Positions 58,932 to 63,912 of a stretch of 63,912 bases of DNA are shown piece by piece. Made by a program: the position numbers and the translations under genes. Source of the stretch: a virus. Taxonomy: Duplodnaviria; Caudoviricetes. The stretch is from IMG/VR virus record IMGVR_UViG_3300037484_000502, positions 1 to 63,912 of that record; one strand, given 5' to 3'. Every line of letters starts with the position of its first letter. Position 1 is the first letter of the stretch. Under the pieces are notes generated by a model. The model ran no database searches. It was not told the DNA's origin and worked only from the letters and a program-made list of their open reading frames with translations.

Positions 58932-59507
58932 TCATGAGATTGGTCTCTGGGTGTGCCTTGTCGAAGGACGCCCGCAGCTCTTCCAGACGCACAGTCGCCT
59001 TGAGACGGGCTTCCTTGGCCTCAGCCTCCAACCGCTTGTAGTCCGGGTGCTCAGTGAGCAACAGGCGCTTGGCCTCGACTTCTGATTCGCCCGGATCATC
59101 TTCCAGATGTTCGGGAGGTACTTCTTCAAATTGATGGAGGACCACCGGTGCGATGTACCGGTCTGACTCCCACCACCCCCGCAGCCACCCTCAAAGAAAT
59201 CGCGCCCGTAGCCTGTCCACTGAGAAAGAATGGAGCCCTTCGGTGCACGGTGCTGGCACCGGCCATTGGCCAGATCCAACCACACGTAGTCGTTCCGCCA
59301 GTCACCATCCCCCACGTAGGTCTTGGACGCCTCGATGTTGAAATCCAGATAATCTCCGCTCACATCTGGGCGGACACCGCTGACCTTCCAGTACTTGAAC
59401 TTGCGGCCCCGAATTCGCTCCAAGTCTGCCCGCAGAAGCCTGAAGAACTCGTTGAGAGACGTAACGTTGACGAACGGATTGTCGATCTTCTTCTTGCTCA
59501 TGTACAC
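58932..59507 (-). CDS. hypothetical protein
   Basis: GAGGGG SD; 191 aa; 3' end overlaps an alternative small ORF. Confidence 0.55.
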   Translation of the reverse strand: MYMSKKKIDNPFVNVTSLNEFFRLLRADLERIRGRKFKYWKVSGVRPDVSGDYLDFNIEASKTYVGDGDWRNDYVWLDLANGRCQHRAPKGSILSQWTGYGRDFFEGGCGGGGSQTGTSHRWSSINLKKYLPNIWKMIRANQKSRPSACCSLSTRTTSGWRLRPRKPVSRRLCVWKSCGRPSTRHTQRPIS

Positions 59508-59722
59508 CCCTCATCGGAACAGTCTGTCCAACATCCCTTACGAAACTGCACTGCGCCAAATCCGTGCAGCGCAGTCCACAGCCATGCACGAAGGTATGCG
59601 GTCCAGTACCAGCGGTGCCACGTGTATGACTCGACCTGCGCACCGTAGACGATGTCTACACGGCGTACTGTCCAACCAGACTCATTGGTCGTCAGAATCC
59701 CAGCAGTGCGGTACGGGCTCAC
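59498..59722 (-). CDS. small hypothetical protein
   Basis: GTGA overlap with HD gene. Confidence 0.45.
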   Translation of the reverse strand: MSPYRTAGILTTNESGWTVRRVDIVYGAQVESYTWHRWYWTAYLRAWLWTALHGFGAVQFRKGCWTDCSDEGCT

Positions 59723-60324
59723 GTCCGCTCCTTCACGTCTACGGCAGTGGTCTTCTGCGCCGCACGGAACTCCATCTCCGAGGCTAGGTCCAGGACTTCC
59801 TGGGAGGCTTTCCAGAAGAGGGCTAGGAGCTGAGGAGGCACCTCCCCGTTGGCGTTCAGGCCCGCCACAACCTCACGGGAATGATTGGCGTAGTCCCTGA
59901 AGTCCTGGACCGTGTACTTCGGCGGGTGGTAGCGAATCAGGTCGCGGTTGTTGCTGATCTTGTCGGCGCACTTGACGAGCTTCGCAGCATAGCTCTTGGT
60001 GTGGGCCGCCGAGATTTGAGCCAGCTTCTGAGCCTCACGCGTCATCTTCTTGTCGTCGGTGACTTCCTTCACGATCTCCAGGACCCGCCCACCGAACTTG
60101 AAGAGAATGTCCTCTTCCGTTGTGTCCGTGTCTTCGAGCAGGTCATGTAGGGAACCCCCCAGAAGGATGTCCTCATCAAAAACGCCAACATCTACGAGGA
60201 TCTGTGTGACCTCGATGGGATGGGTCATGTAGGGGACCACAGTGTGGCTTGCAGCCTTGCGCCGCATGGTCCCATGCTTGAGGGTAGCGAACTTGATGCC
60301 TTCGAGGAAGCGGGAGCTGGTCAT
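59719..60324 (-). CDS. HD-domain (p)ppGpp hydrolase-like protein (Mesh1/SpoT small alarmone hydrolase family)
   Basis: H..MRRK..PY.THP.EV, LHDLLEDT, FG.RV..IV.EVTDDK, VKCADKISN.RD. Confidence 0.9.
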   Translation of the reverse strand: MTSSRFLEGIKFATLKHGTMRRKAASHTVVPYMTHPIEVTQILVDVGVFDEDILLGGSLHDLLEDTDTTEEDILFKFGGRVLEIVKEVTDDKKMTREAQKLAQISAAHTKSYAAKLVKCADKISNNRDLIRYHPPKYTVQDFRDYANHSREVVAGLNANGEVPPQLLALFWKASQEVLDLASEMEFRAAQKTTAVDVKERT

Positions 60325-60343
60325 GTGGGGTGTCCTTCACCTA

Positions 60344-60374
60344 AGTAACGGACCGGACCCCACCCCTTACACGA
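60344..60374 (-). promoter_or_regulatory. ECF-sigma-like promoter TCGTGTAA-16nt-CGTTA
   Basis: Near-identical to 62751-62779; same motif at 2099-2129. Confidence 0.65.
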
Positions 60375-60394
60375 TTCATTGGGGGAGATTCAAC

Positions 60395-62521
60395 CTAGGC
60401 CAAGAAATCCTTCAAGATTCGGTCCTGGTCGAAGGGGGTGATGCCTTCGTAAAGGGAGAATATGGTCTCCGCCTCTTCCTTCAGAACCGGCTTGCCCCGA
60501 GCCTCGATGTGCATCTCGAAAAGGTCGTAGAGCGCCGGCTTCTGGAGCGTAGAAATCGCCTTCGCCATCTGGGAGATTCCCACTCTGTTCTGACCGACAT
60601 TGTTGATTGCAGCTGCGCTATTCAGGGAAAGGTCGGCCCAGATCGCGACACGCTCCTGCAAGTCAAACACGATCGGCACAGAGACCTTCGTCTCCGCTGT
60701 CACGTCAATCTTGTCCTGGACAGTCCGCGCATCAAATACCTCACCGGACTGGACCTTGGAACGAGCCATCCATCCTGCGAAGCATTCTGGCAGATCCTTG
60801 AACGGCTGCTGAGTGAAGCTGTTCACAACCATCACTACGTACCGCCCGTGCTTGCGGGCCTTTGAGATGTCAATGTCGATGAACTCAGACGCCCCGTTCG
60901 GAGCGCTAGTGATGTCACCGCTGTGATGAGCCCCCATCTCACGGAGATTGTAGTAGGTAACCGCGGTCTTGAACTTGAAGTCATCGTCAAGAAATGCTGC
61001 GGACAAATCCAGATCCGTCCGGCTCTCCCCGTCCTTCCACCAGATGAAGAAGCGCAACGTTGAGCAATCCGGCAGCGGAATCCGCGACCCTCGCGCAACC
61101 GTCCGAAGGCTCTTGCTTGCGGAGCGAACCGAGAACGGTACCAGCTGCGTCTTCAATCGCGAATCGAGATACGTGGGCCCAAGAGCCGGGAGCTTCGCGA
61201 AGCGCCGAACAAGAGCTGCACGAATGATCCCCGCCGCTTGATCGGACACCTCCCCCAACTTCGGGAGTGAACCATCAACGACCTGAACCTTCGCCACATT
61301 TCCCTTCGGAAAGAACGCGCGGAACCCGAGATCGTTGTTCCGGTTCTTGAAGTGAGCGAACGCCTGGAGGAGAACCGGCGTAGAGACCTGATCAACGATT
61401 GCTTCGTACTGCTTCAGAACCCAGAGTGGGTGCGAAGATTTCACACCCCCCTCCAAACGGAGGAGATGATCGAGACGACGAGAGAAATCCCCCGGTCGCG
61501 TCGAAAGGAGATCCGCTGCTGCAAGGACGTTGTCAAACATGAGAGCACTCTCGACTTTGCTGTTGAAAGTGTCGAAGTCCTCATCGTTCCGAATGACCTT
61601 AAAAGCACTATAGGCCTTCGGAAATCTATCAGCGTAGTCCCCGGCACGAAGGCCGTGACCGAAGCGCTTGAACACCTCAGGACGACGCAGCATGTCCTCG
61701 GTTGCCGAAGACGCCCTCTCAATCACTGAGAGGAAGAACCGACGCTCACTCCGCTTGAACTTGCGGAACTTCGTGGGCTTCGCCAGAGACACGTCCCCGC
61801 CAGACATCACTACTGCCACTCGAAGGGCATCCGTTGCAGTCTTCAGGTACGGGAGCAGGTACTCAGGTGTCCCGGAGGCCGAAAGCTCCCCAAACAGGTG
61901 GGCGAGGTTTTCCTTCTGTGGGATCGCCTCCGGAAGGAGGGTCGGAATCTCGGATCGGCGATTCTTCACGAACCACGTTACGATGTCCTTGTCCGCCTGG
62001 GACAGGGCCGCGTTGGCTCCAACGAGCGTGCCGAAAATCGAATCGAAGTCCTTCGCGGACCCGAGCCGTAGGACACGCAACTTGATCTCTCCATCGGGAA
62101 GAGCTTCACGGTGGTCCTTCTGGTAGTCCGGCAAGTACTGGACCGGGACGCTCGTCACATCGTGGATGAAGCTCCCCCAATAGTGGAGGATGGCGTTCAA
62201 GTACAACTCGACCGCCGACGCCTCCATGACCTGCTTCGGGAAGTTCGGGTACATCGGCTTGTGGACCTGATGTGCCCCGGTCATCTCCTTCAAAATCGGA
62301 AAAATCCCATTGTAGAGGGCAACCATGTTCTCAAGACCGCTCTTAGCAACCGCCAGGAGAAGCTCCAGATCCATCGTGAACCCGATAGTGTTGAGGTTCC
62401 TGTTGAACGTCGCGACATACGTGCGCTCTATGGAAATAGTTGGGTGGCCATCCGGGACCCCCTCCGGAAGGATGACCCTTGCCCGCTTCTGGAGGTAAAT
62501 AGATGTGGGGGTCAGAGTCAT
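60395..62521 (-). CDS. large helical protein with C-terminal TerD-like domain
   Basis: PMYPNFPKQVME, RPGDFSRRLDHLLR; C-terminal LRFFIWW..DLDLSA..HSGDITSAPNGASEFIDID. Confidence 0.85.
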   Translation of the reverse strand: MTLTPTSIYLQKRARVILPEGVPDGHPTISIERTYVATFNRNLNTIGFTMDLELLLAVAKSGLENMVALYNGIFPILKEMTGAHQVHKPMYPNFPKQVMEASAVELYLNAILHYWGSFIHDVTSVPVQYLPDYQKDHREALPDGEIKLRVLRLGSAKDFDSIFGTLVGANAALSQADKDIVTWFVKNRRSEIPTLLPEAIPQKENLAHLFGELSASGTPEYLLPYLKTATDALRVAVVMSGGDVSLAKPTKFRKFKRSERRFFLSVIERASSATEDMLRRPEVFKRFGHGLRAGDYADRFPKAYSAFKVIRNDEDFDTFNSKVESALMFDNVLAAADLLSTRPGDFSRRLDHLLRLEGGVKSSHPLWVLKQYEAIVDQVSTPVLLQAFAHFKNRNNDLGFRAFFPKGNVAKVQVVDGSLPKLGEVSDQAAGIIRAALVRRFAKLPALGPTYLDSRLKTQLVPFSVRSASKSLRTVARGSRIPLPDCSTLRFFIWWKDGESRTDLDLSAAFLDDDFKFKTAVTYYNLREMGAHHSGDITSAPNGASEFIDIDISKARKHGRYVVMVVNSFTQQPFKDLPECFAGWMARSKVQSGEVFDARTVQDKIDVTAETKVSVPIVFDLQERVAIWADLSLNSAAAINNVGQNRVGISQMAKAISTLQKPALYDLFEMHIEARGKPVLKEEAETIFSLYEGITPFDQDRILKDFLA

Positions 62522-62548
62522 TGGAATAGCTCGGGGTGGTAAAAAGAA

Positions 62549-62615
62549 GCGCAGGAAAGCAGCAGAGGTAGGTTTTGGTTGAAAAAAGAGAAGGAACCCC
62601 TGCTATGGCCTGCGC
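62549..62615 (-). ncRNA. structured RNA motif copy B (67 nt), unknown class
   Basis: GCGCAGG-CCAU-AGCAG-G-GGUUCCUUCU-loop-CUACC-U-CUGCU-GCUUU-CCUGCGC; stems covary with copy A. Confidence 0.75.
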
Positions 62616-62635
62616 GGAAATTCAGTCGAAAGAGG

Positions 62636-62702
62636 TGTTCAGGAAAGCGGTGGAGGTAGTTTTCCAGTAGTTTTAGAAGGAACCACCACCATGGCCTGAA
62701 CA
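62636..62702 (-). ncRNA. structured RNA motif copy A (67 nt), unknown class
   Basis: UGUUCAGG-CCAU-GGUGG-U-GGUUCCUUCU-loop-CUACC-U-CCACC-GCUUU-CCUGAACA; 5' end 6 nt after GGCGTAAA. Confidence 0.75.
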
Positions 62703-62708
62703 AGTACC

Positions 62709-62716
62709 TTTACGCC
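62709..62716 (-). promoter_or_regulatory. GGCGTAAA motif 6 nt before the structured RNA
   Basis: Same spacing as before the cas1, cas3 and 2784 start codons. Confidence 0.55.
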
Positions 62717-62750
62717 TTTGATCCCGAAATCAGGATCCTGTCTACTCTGA

Positions 62751-62779
62751 TAACGGATCGGACCCCACTTCTTACACGA
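62751..62779 (-). promoter_or_regulatory. ECF-sigma-like promoter TCGTGTAA-16nt-CGTTA
   Basis: Third copy of the bipartite motif. Confidence 0.65.
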
Positions 62780-62791
62780 TTCGTCAGGATT

Positions 62792-63181
62792 TCATTCCCA
62801 GGCCTCGTGCCCTACCAGCTCACCATCAGCGGAGAAGGTCAAAATCGTGAAAAATCTCGCGTAGCCAGGGCCCTTGCCCAACACAGGGATTCGAAGCGCC
62901 GTGATTGCCCGTGGGTCCCGCAGCTCGACGAAGTTCAGGGCGTCAGGGTCCTCTTCCTTCCGCTTCTTGGGGACCCGATGCTCGGTATGCTTGATGCCGG
63001 CACGCGTCAACATTGCGGTCACATGTCCCAAATCTGTCAGTGGACTGGCGCTGGCGACGGTGAACGTCTGGCTGTCGGTCATCTTGAAGGGACGCTCTGG
63101 TTCACAATCCTTGGGCGGATGTTCAGTACATGTACACAGAGCGTGCCCGTGAATCTTGCACCAAGGGTCTCCGAAAGTCAT
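62792..63181 (-). CDS. hypothetical protein
   Basis: 129 aa ORF; start uncertain. Confidence 0.55.
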   Translation of the reverse strand: MTFGDPWCKIHGHALCTCTEHPPKDCEPERPFKMTDSQTFTVASASPLTDLGHVTAMLTRAGIKHTEHRVPKKRKEEDPDALNFVELRDPRAITALRIPVLGKGPGYARFFTILTFSADGELVGHEAWE

Positions 63182-63258
63182 GGCGTTCCCCTGGGGATGG
63201 GATGGGTTGCAAAGCGTGTCATGTGATTTCCTTTACCCCCCACGGGTTAGCAAATCAA

Positions 63259-63912
63259 TCAGAAATGCGAGACAATCCACTCCTTCTCAAATCCGAAGGC
63301 GGGGATGTAGTCCTCGGTTCGGATACCTCGGGTACCCTTCGGAAGAGTGAGAACACGCCCCCCGTTCCGACCGGCCCAAAATTCAGCGTATTTCCTTGAG
63401 GTTGTCCATGCCTGAAGCTCTGTGGGCGCTTCATGGGAACCCCTGTACAAAGGAACCGGGCTGGCCTTGCTGTTGTGCTGCATCTCCCAAAGGAGTGCTC
63501 CAGCAGCCGCACGATCTTTCTTCCCGTTTCCACTTCCAGGATGCTGGTGCCCAACCATCTCGTCCCGGATGTTCAGGATCATTTCCGTAGGTGAGCCCTT
63601 CCAGGTGTTTAGAGCCTGTGCCACCAACTTCTGATGGTTCTGTCTCCAACGGATTGCATCACCATCCTCGTCCCTCACCCACTCTCCGTTCTGCGGGGCA
63701 CCGGGATCCGGCTCGTACTTTTCTACAGTCGAGGCTTCACGCCCCCCGAACTTGAAGGCCACCGAAGAGGCCGCGGACTTATTTGGGAGGGCTCCCATCT
63801 TCTGGAGCATCTCATCGGTAATAGACGAGTCCACAAGGGTCTTGATTGTCTTCCAACCCAACTCCCAGGCTGCACTAAGACGGTGATGCCCCTCAACAAC
63901 GTGGGGTCTCTT
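63259..63912 (-). CDS. partial: ParB/Srx-like motif fused to an ADP-ribosyltransferase-like C-terminal domain
   Basis: Frame stays open to the window edge and reads KRPHVVEGHHRLSAAWELGWKTI; C-terminus LYRG..AWTT..EKEWIV. Confidence 0.6.
   Translation of the reverse strand, partial: KRPHVVEGHHRLSAAWELGWKTIKTLVDSSITDEMLQKMGALPNKSAASSVAFKFGGREASTVEKYEPDPGAPQNGEWVRDEDGDAIRWRQNHQKLVAQALNTWKGSPTEMILNIRDEMVGHQHPGSGNGKKDRAAAGALLWEMQHNSKASPVPLYRGSHEAPTELQAWTTSRKYAEFWAGRNGGRVLTLPKGTRGIRTEDYIPAFGFEKEWIVSHF

Noticed and set aside
1-63912. tRNA/rRNA genes and alternative genetic code
   Set aside because: No cloverleaf or rRNA recognised; long ORFs are intact under the standard code

Overview
Segment of a large contractile-tailed (myovirus/jumbo-type) phage genome, standard genetic code, mostly minus-strand genes. 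A Myxococcota-like host is inferred from an RpoH/SigB-type sigma factor and the cas gene order. Left (1-10.9 kb): small accessory genes, including a MazG-like gene and a stand-alone class II aminoacyl-tRNA-synthetase core. Four adjacent genes there share a ~25-aa tag (LRSKVIRLAHxNPELRPHLLPLL) fused to unrelated cargo (pentapeptide repeat, ADP-ribosyltransferase-like, DUF2958). Middle (10.9-41.5 kb): a tail/baseplate operon (gp25-like, baseplate J-like, wedge and fibre-like proteins) split by a complete, apparently intact type I-E CRISPR-Cas locus. The locus is cas1-cas2-cas3-cas8e-cas11-cas7-cas5-cas6e between two outward-facing arrays (24 and 29 repeats) whose terminal repeats form a 27-bp inverted repeat. 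Right (41.5-63.9 kb): RHH plus GIY-YIG endonuclease, DUF4419, HAD, a ubiquitin-like protein, a pyruvate-kinase-like/vWA/J-domain-kinase cluster, sigma factor, Mesh1/SpoT-like HD hydrolase, and a ParB-ART fusion. A large TerD-domain gene is preceded by two tandem covarying 67-nt structured RNA motifs. Three candidate promoter classes are visible: TAGACA-17-TAGGWT, TCGTGTAA-16-CGTTA and GGCGTAAR-6/7-start. All family assignments are by eye from motifs; no database searches were run.
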